From an uncultured Gammaproteobacteria bacterium (lineage in GTDB: Bacteria; Patescibacteriota; Microgenomatia; Levybacterales; GWA1-39-11): a DNA stretch of 64,000 nt. Each line of letters opens with the position of its first letter. Position 1 is the stretch's first letter. The stretch covers positions 43,237-107,236 of the forward strand of contig CAZIAP010000002.1 in the NCBI GenBank assembly GCA_964537315.1, written 5' to 3'. The position numbers and the translations under genes were made by a program. The notes beneath the pieces were generated by a model. The model made no database searches. It was not told the origin of the DNA and worked only from the letters and a program-made list of their open reading frames with translations. Below are positions 56,481-64,000 of the stretch, piece by piece.

Positions 56481-58178
56481 TTACTTTTTCTCAATATTAA
56501 AGAAAGAAAAGCCTGTTTGTGGAATACGCACGTAACCCGGTGCGCGCAGATTGAAGGCTTTTTTAAATTCGTCTGCGCTCATTCTAATTCCATTGATAGT
56601 GACAGAGCTGGTAGAACCATTGCCTTGACTTACGCTTACACTAGTAGCTGCGCTTATTCCTCCGTGTGGAGAAGCTTTTTCTCTAAGCTCTGAATGACTA
56701 TAAGGATTTCCTCCCCAGCAGCTAGTAGTTACAGGCGTTACTCTTTCTGCGTCAGATGAGCTACCTCTAGTGATAACTAAATGAGCATTGACTATATCTG
56801 CCATTTCTTCAGGTGATAGCCAAGGATTAGATCTACCACAAGTCGCACCTGAGTTGCTGTAGTGTTGTCTCCACCAAGCTTTATATAACCACGGTGATCC
56901 GCCTTGTTTTTCCCATGCACGGTCAATAAAAGTAGGTCCTCCGCTTCCGTCTGTAGTATCCCAACCAATAGGAGACGCAAATCCTCCGTGAGTAGAGGCA
57001 TAATAAGTAACAACATCTTCTAATACCATTCCTTTGGTATCATTTACTGCATTTTTCCAGGATTCCGGAGCGTTGTCTGATTTACTTTTATTAAACACCT
57101 GGCATGCTTCAGTCGTACAGATTTCCTTTCCTTCTGCTTTGTATCTGTATGCATAAGTACGGGCAGCGACAGCTTGGGCTTTTAGAGCTTCCGGATGCCA
57201 GCTTGAAGGCATCTCAGCAATTCCATAAAGATATGTTGTTTCAAAATCTATTTCTCCGTATCCCGCAACTTTTATTCCTCCTTCGGTACCTTTACTGACA
57301 GGCTCTTTTCCGTAATACGCACGAAGAATTGTCTTATAATCCTGACCAGCCTGTGCTCTGCCTCTTGCTCCATATTGACTCATACCCTTTCTATGGGTAT
57401 ACCCCCCAAACGAGAATACAGCAAAATAACCGCTGGGTGCCGATTCCTGAAATCCTTTAGCTGATGATAAATACTCATCTGCAAGTTCTCCACTTCCTAG
57501 AGTGAAAGTAAAGCTTCCGGATCTGGCATTAATAATCTCCTGTTGCTTGGCAGATAACTCAGCAATTTGTCCAGATAGAGAAGCTTGGTAGCTTTTTGCA
57601 CCTGCGACAACTTTTTCAATCTCTGCTTTATCTTTTGCAAGTCTTGCTTTCAGGCCTGAGAGCTGAGACTCTTGTTTTTCAAGTTTTGATTTAATATTCT
57701 CTAGCTCTGTAAGCTTCAGCGCAGTACTGGTTATAACTGCTTTATCCTGGCTTGCATCTTTTTGCTTATAAGTTAGGAGGCGGGTTATAGACGCAGCGTC
57801 TGCACTTGATAAGAATATAAGTAACGGTGAGAATAGTGAGTTTTTCATATAGTATTCGCGTACGGTTTTATTAAACACGTCCTTTTGTCCCTCCAGATCT
57901 TTATAACCTTTTGCAATATAATCTTTTTTTGTCTCTATATCTTGCTCGATAGATCTTATTTGATACTCGACACTATCTAGTTGCTTTTTCATGCTTGATA
58001 CCTGTGACTCTAAGGGAGTTGTGGCTTTTCTCGATGCTTCCAGTGCTGCTTGTAGCTCGTTAATTTCTTTGGTTAAAGTGTCTAACTCATCAGAGTATAC
58101 GGGAGAAGAATGCATCGATACTGAGGTGATGAAAACAATACATAAAATAAAGAGGGCAAGGAACTTCTTCATATGCAT
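56481..58178 (-). CDS. SpoIID/LytB-domain protein with long coiled coil
   Basis: YLYGIAEMPSSWHPEALKAQAVAARTYA, H.KGMSQYGA, CTTEACQV. Confidence 0.88.
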   Translation of the reverse strand: MHMKKFLALFILCIVFITSVSMHSSPVYSDELDTLTKEINELQAALEASRKATTPLESQVSSMKKQLDSVEYQIRSIEQDIETKKDYIAKGYKDLEGQKDVFNKTVREYYMKNSLFSPLLIFLSSADAASITRLLTYKQKDASQDKAVITSTALKLTELENIKSKLEKQESQLSGLKARLAKDKAEIEKVVAGAKSYQASLSGQIAELSAKQQEIINARSGSFTFTLGSGELADEYLSSAKGFQESAPSGYFAVFSFGGYTHRKGMSQYGARGRAQAGQDYKTILRAYYGKEPVSKGTEGGIKVAGYGEIDFETTYLYGIAEMPSSWHPEALKAQAVAARTYAYRYKAEGKEICTTEACQVFNKSKSDNAPESWKNAVNDTKGMVLEDVVTYYASTHGGFASPIGWDTTDGSGGPTFIDRAWEKQGGSPWLYKAWWRQHYSNSGATCGRSNPWLSPEEMADIVNAHLVITRGSSSDAERVTPVTTSCWGGNPYSHSELREKASPHGGISAATSVSVSQGNGSTSSVTINGIRMSADEFKKAFNLRAPGYVRIPQTGFSFFNIEKK

Positions 58179-58303
58179 GGTTTATTATAACAAAAGATGA
58201 AAAGAAGTCGAAATGAATAGCTTCAATGTTTCTTACGGAATTTTTAGTAGATATTTATACTGGATATATATCATCTGTAAGATAAATGAGAGGTGATAAT
58301 CTT

Positions 58304-58384
58304 ATGCCATATATTGTAGCTTGGTTATTATTAGTCCCTGCAGCAGTGCTTCTACTAATCTGGATCGCAACTCAAATTTTGTAG
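58304..58384 (+). CDS. 26-aa single-TM small protein
   Basis: MPYIVAWLLLVPAAVLLLIWIATQIL with SD AGAGGTGA 7 nt upstream. Confidence 0.6.
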   Translation: MPYIVAWLLLVPAAVLLLIWIATQIL

Positions 58385-58672
58385 TTAGAAAGAAATTCTA
58401 CCTCTGAACTTGGAAACCGCAATACGAAATGGTGTGGCAGGAACAATTGGGATGAATGCTGCAATGAAAGATATTATACGGTCAATCATATCTAACTGTG
58501 GACCAAAAATCATTTTTCCTTTGATACCTTCATACAAGCTGATTGCGTCACCAATTCCATACGGACCCAGTCCAAAAGGAATTGACTCAACCAAAGTCCT
58601 TAAAACAATAACACTATTCGACATTTTTTCATACGGATTATACGAAAGTTGTTTTAGGTCAGCTGTTTTCAT
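58385..58672 (-). CDS. small protein resembling the pre-toxin TG domain
   Basis: IP...GIGDAISLYEGIKGK...G.QL...DRII...A.IP.V. Confidence 0.55.
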   Translation of the reverse strand: MKTADLKQLSYNPYEKMSNSVIVLRTLVESIPFGLGPYGIGDAISLYEGIKGKMIFGPQLDMIDRIISFIAAFIPIVPATPFRIAVSKFRGRISF

Positions 58673-58739
58673 CTAAGTATTAATAAAATTAAAAATTAGT
58701 ATAGGCAAGAGATATGACAATTATGTAAGAATGTGGGGG

Positions 58740-58811
58740 TGCGCCTGCTTGGGATCGAACCAAGGACATCTACTTTATAAGAGTAGTGCTCTACCACTGA
58801 GCTACAGGCGC
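58740..58811 (-). tRNA. tRNA-Ile (anticodon UAU)
   Basis: GCGCCTG..GCTC-AGTGGTA-GAGC..CTACT-CTTATAA-AGTAG..CTTGG-TTCGATC-CCAAG-CAGGCGC-A; CCA not encoded. Confidence 0.9.
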
Positions 58812-58857
58812 TGAGTTGAGCTTTATTATACACAAATATTAATTTAGGAGAAAGGCG

Positions 58858-61260
58858 CTAGATATTTTTCTTTAATTGAGATTCAGAGCCTGTATCTCCG
58901 ATATCACCTAGTACCTCAAAAAGCCTAGATCTTTTAGCAATTTCTGCTTCAACTAGTTCTACAGGACGACCATATTTTAGCCTGGACAACTCTCTAACGA
59001 GTTCTGTTACACGTGGGTTTTCAAGCTTTTTCTCAGCCTCAATATCGCGGGTCAAGTTGAGTGAAAATGGAGGAACAGGTTCTTCATTAATCTGAGTTTT
59101 TACATAGGCGTGGTAGCGTTCTACGTTAATTAAATCACCTTCAGTTATGTTAGGCTGGAACTCGTGTTGTAGATAGTTTGCGTCGGTAACACCTACACGG
59201 AAAGATACTATTGTTCCGACATTACCAAATATCGCATTTTTTATATCCTCGTCCATCTGTCCAATAAACTGGTTCGCTACCGTTAAGTTAAGCCTGTATT
59301 TTCTGGCTTCTGACAGAATGGTCGCAAAATCCGGTGTGGCAAAATTCTGAAACTCATCTACGTACAGGTAAAAGTCTTTTCTCTGTTCTTGAGGGATATC
59401 TTGGCGACTCATGGCTGCACTCAGAAGTTTTGGAACTAATAAAAGACCTAAGAAAGCAGAGTTTTCTTCACCAATCTTTCCTTTGGCAAGTGATACGAAT
59501 AAGATTTTTTTGTTATCCATTACATCTCGGAAATTAAATGCGCTTTCGCTTTGTCCGATCATATTTCTCATCATCTTATTAGTAACGAAGCGGCCGAATT
59601 TAGAAACAATGTAATCCAACACTTCAGACTTATGGAAGTCAGAAGTTTGCGCAATTTGATCAGTCCAGTAGCGGCGAACCATTGGGTCGTTTACTTTCGG
59701 CAATAGCTCTTGTACAAATGACGGGTCGGTCAGAACGCGCACAACTTCAATAAAGGTATTTCCTTTTTCTGCCATAACTGTTAGCATTGCATTCCTAACC
59801 GCGTGTTCAAAACGAGGTCCTATGATACCGGTTTGGTGAGGATCAAAAAGTTTTCCCATCAGTCCGATGACGGAGGCAACAATAAAGTGTTTTTGCTCTT
59901 CAGTTGATGCCTCAAGCATATTCAACCCCATAGGGCGTATAGTATCTGAAGGGTCAAAGATTATGACATCTTCTGCTCTCTCAGGTGGAATTAATGGTAG
60001 TATCTGATCAATTGTATCGTGCGGATCTATGAAACAAACACCTTCACCGTTACGAATATCTTGCAATATCATATCTTTAAGAAACTCAGATTTTCCAACA
60101 CCTGTTTTACCGATAATATACATGTGACGTCTACGGTCAGTTTGCTGAAGATAAATAGGTTTTGTTATTCCTCGATAAATACTTTTACCGATATATAGAC
60201 CTGTGGTTGGTACGTTGGCAGGAGCAGGTGCGAGACGTGCTCTCATCCAATTAATAGCTGGAGAGTCAACGCTTTTATTAGGGAAATGAAAAATTGTTGC
60301 AAGCTCCTGCGTGTTAAGAACTGAACCGGATCCCCAGAGTGGCAAATGACGATAAATAAAATCAACCATGAAGAAACTTTTTGTCCAGCGCATCTTATCT
60401 TTTGTAAATGAGTTATAGCCTGAAAACTGAGTAAAAGCACTGACAATATTACCAAGATGTGCGTCAGCTGATTCCTCAGTTGAGGATACTGCTACGAGTC
60501 GGATATAAGTAGTAAAAGCTGCTTTGGTCATTTTTTGGTCAACAGCCTCTAGCTCTTTTTGATCAACGGAATATTTTGCTGTTTCAGGATCTGCTTCTTG
60601 TTTTTTAGTTGACGAGATAAATGCTCTCCCGCCAGACTTCCATACAGAGTCAGCCGGAGTGATAATAAGCTGGATAGCAGCTGCTTCACCATCTTGCATT
60701 TTTCCTAGTGTGCTGGCAAAAGTTGATAAAGGATCAACGGGCAAATCTTGGTATGTGCGAATAGGTTTGTAGTCAGGTTCATCTAGTTTTAAAGATGCAT
60801 ATGCAACCTTTCCGTCAGGGTTATCAAAAATGTTATATTCTTCTACCTGTTCAATTTGTGCATCAGGGTAGGATCCGTGAATTTGTTTTTCAACCATATC
60901 TAAAAGCTTTTTCGGTACACTCACGTAAAACCTAATATCTTGAGGTCTCGCTACGATCTCAAATGTAATTGAATCGGGAATTTTGAAAAACTTAAACTTA
61001 CCTTTTGCCGACTTAATACTGGCAAAGCTTGCAAACATTTGCTCTGCAGCATCAATTTTTATCTCATTATCCCGCGGAAGCTTGATCTCAAGATGTGCCA
61101 TGTTTAATGCTTTTTCATGTCTGGTTTTATTTTTGCGCCAAAGACCATATAGAAACGCCAGACCGGAACAAAAAGCAACGATTGTCGAAACGATTATAAA
61201 GGCCAAGATTAGAGAAATCAGAGTATCAACTGCAGAATTAATCATAGTGTCAGGCTGCAT
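58858..61260 (-). CDS. virD4: VirD4/TraD-like T4SS coupling ATPase
   Basis: DRRRHMYIIGKTGVGKS, IDPH, LYVDEFQNF, SEARKYRL.L..ANQ, FGNVG. Confidence 0.88.
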   Translation of the reverse strand: MQPDTMINSAVDTLISLILAFIIVSTIVAFCSGLAFLYGLWRKNKTRHEKALNMAHLEIKLPRDNEIKIDAAEQMFASFASIKSAKGKFKFFKIPDSITFEIVARPQDIRFYVSVPKKLLDMVEKQIHGSYPDAQIEQVEEYNIFDNPDGKVAYASLKLDEPDYKPIRTYQDLPVDPLSTFASTLGKMQDGEAAAIQLIITPADSVWKSGGRAFISSTKKQEADPETAKYSVDQKELEAVDQKMTKAAFTTYIRLVAVSSTEESADAHLGNIVSAFTQFSGYNSFTKDKMRWTKSFFMVDFIYRHLPLWGSGSVLNTQELATIFHFPNKSVDSPAINWMRARLAPAPANVPTTGLYIGKSIYRGITKPIYLQQTDRRRHMYIIGKTGVGKSEFLKDMILQDIRNGEGVCFIDPHDTIDQILPLIPPERAEDVIIFDPSDTIRPMGLNMLEASTEEQKHFIVASVIGLMGKLFDPHQTGIIGPRFEHAVRNAMLTVMAEKGNTFIEVVRVLTDPSFVQELLPKVNDPMVRRYWTDQIAQTSDFHKSEVLDYIVSKFGRFVTNKMMRNMIGQSESAFNFRDVMDNKKILFVSLAKGKIGEENSAFLGLLLVPKLLSAAMSRQDIPQEQRKDFYLYVDEFQNFATPDFATILSEARKYRLNLTVANQFIGQMDEDIKNAIFGNVGTIVSFRVGVTDANYLQHEFQPNITEGDLINVERYHAYVKTQINEEPVPPFSLNLTRDIEAEKKLENPRVTELVRELSRLKYGRPVELVEAEIAKRSRLFEVLGDIGDTGSESQLKKNI

Positions 61261-61792
61261 TCGGTATTTCCTCCTTTTCAATTGGTGTGTTCCTTAATTT
61301 TTCATCATTATTGGTAGAGATATTACTGTTCATATGAGGATGATAGTCCACGTGCTTTTTCAGCGGAAGAGAAGACACTTCTTCGTGTCCGACAAATTTG
61401 TCAGGGGATGACGTGCTACCATACTCTCTATCTATTAATACGCTTTTGACCACATTTTTAAACGCATCAAATATTGGTTCAATCGAAAGATGGTAAACCC
61501 CTTTTGGGTGGTTCTCAATCGGGTCAACATGTGAGTGCGGGTGTGGATGTAGATGCCCGTTAACTTGTTCCTCGCTTCGTGGATCTGGATTATCGGAGAC
61601 CCCCAAATCTTCCGGATCGCATGCAACTTCGTGTTCGTAGCCTGGGTGAGCTTCAGCCAATGCTTTTTTAATCCCTTCCAATTGGTCTTGATGGTCTACA
61701 GTATCGAATCCGGCATTTATAACTTCGGGATCTAGTCGAGGAAACTTGTTATATTGTCCTGAATTGTCTAAAAAATCTTTAACTTCGCTCAT
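61250..61792 (-). CDS. hypothetical His/Pro/Asp-rich protein
   Basis: 180 aa ORF overlapping the virD4 start; HLHPHPHSH tract. Confidence 0.65.
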   Translation of the reverse strand: MSEVKDFLDNSGQYNKFPRLDPEVINAGFDTVDHQDQLEGIKKALAEAHPGYEHEVACDPEDLGVSDNPDPRSEEQVNGHLHPHPHSHVDPIENHPKGVYHLSIEPIFDAFKNVVKSVLIDREYGSTSSPDKFVGHEEVSSLPLKKHVDYHPHMNSNISTNNDEKLRNTPIEKEEIPNAA

Positions 61793-61863
61793 ACATCAAT
61801 GATAACATACATAGGCACTTGAATAGCTATATTAAGCTCACAAAATCTTCACAGGTAGTTCAA

Positions 61864-61892
61864 TTGCGTGAGCTATGTATTTTGAGTATAAT
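61864..61892 (+). promoter_or_regulatory. tRNA-Ser promoter
   Basis: TTGCGT-17-TATAAT. Confidence 0.7.
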
Positions 61893-61906
61893 TAGGTACG
61901 TAAATT

Positions 61907-61994
61907 GGAGGAGTCGCATAGCACGGTCCATTGCGGGGGATTGCTAATCCCCTGAGCCGCAAGGCTCGCGCAGGTTCGAATCCTGTCTCCTCCG
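61907..61994 (+). tRNA. tRNA-Ser (anticodon GCU)
   Basis: GGAGGAG/CTCCTCC-G acceptor, GGGGA-TTGCTAA-TCCCC anticodon arm, long variable arm GAGCC-GCAA-GGCTC, TTCGAAT T loop. Confidence 0.95.
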
Positions 61995-62030
61995 CAGCAT
62001 TTTCACCCCTCATATATAATAAGTAGTATC

Positions 62031-62708
62031 TTGACTGCATTTCAGATAAAACTCATTGCAATTATTACAATGACGATAGACCATGTAGGGTTGTTTCTTT
62101 TTCCTGATGTTTCAGCATTTCGCATCATAGGTAGGCTCTCGTTCCCTCTTTTTGCTTGGCTTATTGCAAACGGAGCGTATCACACAAAAAACATTAAGGC
62201 GTACTTATTGCGTTTATTAATATTTGCCGGACTATCGCAAATCCCTTTCTACCTTGCTTTCAGTTTGATTAACCCAATAGATGTAGGGTCAAACATCTTT
62301 GTTACATTATTTCTTGGGTTGCTTGCGATATACGCAATTCAGAAAATTTCAAATAAGTTTTTGTGGGCAATGGCCGTCATTATATGTGCAATAACAGCAC
62401 TCATTTTAGGATCAGACTACGGCGCTGCAGGGGTATTCTCCATAGTCGGGTTTTATCTTTTCTTTAAGAGGATGAAGACTCTGATTATATACCAAGCACT
62501 TATTTATTTACTTTTTTTCACTATTCCTGCTTTGATACAGTACAGTGAAACAGGGTATATGAGCGTGATAGGACTATTTCAACCAGCAGGGTTAGTTTCT
62601 CTGTTATTTATTTGGATGTATAACCAAAAAGAGGGAACAAAAGCAAAATTTCTTTTTTATGCTTTCTACCCTCTTCACTTGCTTGTGCTTTATTTAACGC
62701 AAAGGTAA
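62031..62708 (+). CDS. traX: TraX family protein
   Basis: KLIAIITMTIDH, IGRLSFPLFAW, NIFVTL, SDYG, FYAFYPLHL. Confidence 0.9.
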   Translation: MTAFQIKLIAIITMTIDHVGLFLFPDVSAFRIIGRLSFPLFAWLIANGAYHTKNIKAYLLRLLIFAGLSQIPFYLAFSLINPIDVGSNIFVTLFLGLLAIYAIQKISNKFLWAMAVIICAITALILGSDYGAAGVFSIVGFYLFFKRMKTLIIYQALIYLLFFTIPALIQYSETGYMSVIGLFQPAGLVSLLFIWMYNQKEGTKAKFLFYAFYPLHLLVLYLTQR

Positions 62709-62712
62709 TCAC

Positions 62713-63141
62713 TTAGTCTTCAGTTAGGCCAGTAACTTCTTGTCTCACCTCTTCAGGTTTCTTAGACTTTACATAACTGTAAACTAAAGCTGCTAAGATG
62801 ACTGCCTGAATGGCAAAATCTATAAAATAAGTCCAGTTGATCTGTGAGCGATACAAGATCTCGATAAACATAAATGCAACGGGAGAGAACACGGCGAGAA
62901 ATAAAACAGGGGGTGTTTTTTCTTGTCTCAAAGAGAGCAGCAAAGCTCCTGCAATAACAATAATGAGTGCAGAGGTCATGTGCAGTAGAAATATATCATC
63001 TTTAGGTCCTGTTACTGTCTCAAAACTTCGCAGATGTAGGAACGGCCAAAGTCCCGTAATTAAATAATAAGTTCCTTGAATTCCAAGTACCCATTCAAAT
63101 AATGATAGTTGTTTAATCATGAGATCAATATACTTTTCCAA
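62713..63141 (-). CDS. hypothetical membrane protein
   Basis: QG.YYL.TGLWP...SFE.VTGPK.D; about 4 TMs. Confidence 0.75.
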   Translation of the reverse strand: MEKYIDLMIKQLSLFEWVLGIQGTYYLITGLWPFLHLRSFETVTGPKDDIFLLHMTSALIIVIAGALLLSLRQEKTPPVLFLAVFSPVAFMFIEILYRSQINWTYFIDFAIQAVILAALVYSYVKSKKPEEVRQEVTGLTED

Positions 63142-63187
63142 GATATGAAAAATGTGATAAAACAGTGTGTATAATAAATAGCTTGGT

Positions 63188-64000
63188 ATGAAATCATTTT
63201 TAACAAATATCTATCTTTTTAGATTTCTTGATAATCTAATGCTTATATTTCCGCTTTATGCGGTGATGTTCGAAGACAGTGGGTTAACTGTGTTTCAGAT
63301 CTCTTTACTATTCATCGTGTGGTCTGCTGCAACCTTTATCTTAGAAGTTCCTTCAGGTGTTTTGGCAGATAAGTATTCACGTATAAATATACTAGCAGCA
63401 GGGCAAATTTTTAAAATAATTGGGTTTTTATTCTGGATTATTATGCCCAATTTTATAGGATTTTTAATAGGATTTATTTTTTGGGGAGTCAAAAGCGCAT
63501 TGCATTCAGGAACGTTTGAGGCATTACTATATGACGAGCTAAAAAAGTTTAAACAAGAAAGTCATTATACGAAAATATTAGGCAGAGTCGAGAGCGTGTC
63601 GCATGTTGGCGTTGTGGGAGCATCTATTGGCGCATCGCTTCTTATCTCGTCTGGTTACTCAGCGGTTATCGTGGCAAGTATTATATTCATTATACTTTCG
63701 TTTATTCCGCTCTATTTGTTGCCAAAGGCGAAGATTGCTGAATCAACACACGAAAAAGAGTACTTCAAGCTTTTAAAACAGGGGATACTGGTGGTGAAGA
63801 ATACACCTGTGTTATTGCGTCTGATTATATTTTTAGCAATTGCAATAGGAATAGATGCTGTCATAGATGAATATTATAACCCTTTCGCACGAGAGCTGGG
63901 ACTTGAGACGCAGATGCTTGGATACTTTTTTGCTGTGGTTATTTTTGTTGACATCCTAGGATCTCTTGTCGCGTATAAGTTTAAAGAATATTCTAACGGC
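63188..64000 (+). CDS. MFS transporter (partial)
   Basis: Own translation MKSFLTNIYLF...LEVPSGVLADKYSR...SGTFEALLYDEL; open to the window end. Confidence 0.88.
   Translation, partial: MKSFLTNIYLFRFLDNLMLIFPLYAVMFEDSGLTVFQISLLFIVWSAATFILEVPSGVLADKYSRINILAAGQIFKIIGFLFWIIMPNFIGFLIGFIFWGVKSALHSGTFEALLYDELKKFKQESHYTKILGRVESVSHVGVVGASIGASLLISSGYSAVIVASIIFIILSFIPLYLLPKAKIAESTHEKEYFKLLKQGILVVKNTPVLLRLIIFLAIAIGIDAVIDEYYNPFARELGLETQMLGYFFAVVIFVDILGSLVAYKFKEYSNG

Noticed and set aside
24103-61260. Integrative conjugative element or prophage
   Set aside because: No relaxase, integrase, att repeats or phage structural genes; T4SS genes are interleaved with core genes.
1-64000. Alternative genetic code (UGA recoding) and the many short antisense or nested ORFs
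   Set aside because: Conserved genes are full length under code 11 and some genes end in TGA (for example 9430); the nested ORFs are shadows of well-supported genes.

Overview
AT-rich bacterial chromosome segment, standard genetic code. Gene content (Patescibacteria-type T4SS/pilin locus, DUF5667 and DUF5657 proteins, compact intergenic regions) points to a CPR/Patescibacteria genome, probably Microgenomates (inference). Layout: (1) 1-4.7 kb LexA-like repressor divergent from a DUF2188 plus unknown nuclease/TOPRIM operon; (2) 4.8-12.3 kb small stress/detox genes; (3) a likely replication origin with DnaA-trios at about 12.35-12.58 kb, some 9 kb from dnaA; (4) udg, truB, sodA, folC, clpB with a CIRCE variant, dnaA, dnaN; (5) 24-46 kb T4SS-like locus (cell-wall hydrolase, VirB4, PrgI, four VirB2-like pilins, VirB6-like), with a VirD4-like gene at 59-61 kb; (6) nrdR-nrdJ-cobalamin riboswitch-pduO; (7) comF, smpB, tmRNA, SpoIID-like gene, tRNA-Ile(UAU), tRNA-Ser(GCU). 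The strongest unexplained signals are: a four-helix-bundle gene enclosed by inverted heptamer arrays, with related gene-less arrays elsewhere; a minimal, possibly activating, cobalamin riboswitch; the displaced oriC; pervasive leaderless promoter architecture; an in-frame palindromic insert in nrdJ; a 31-codon tmRNA tag; and a UAU-anticodon tRNA-Ile. All protein family calls come from motif recognition by eye; no searches were run.
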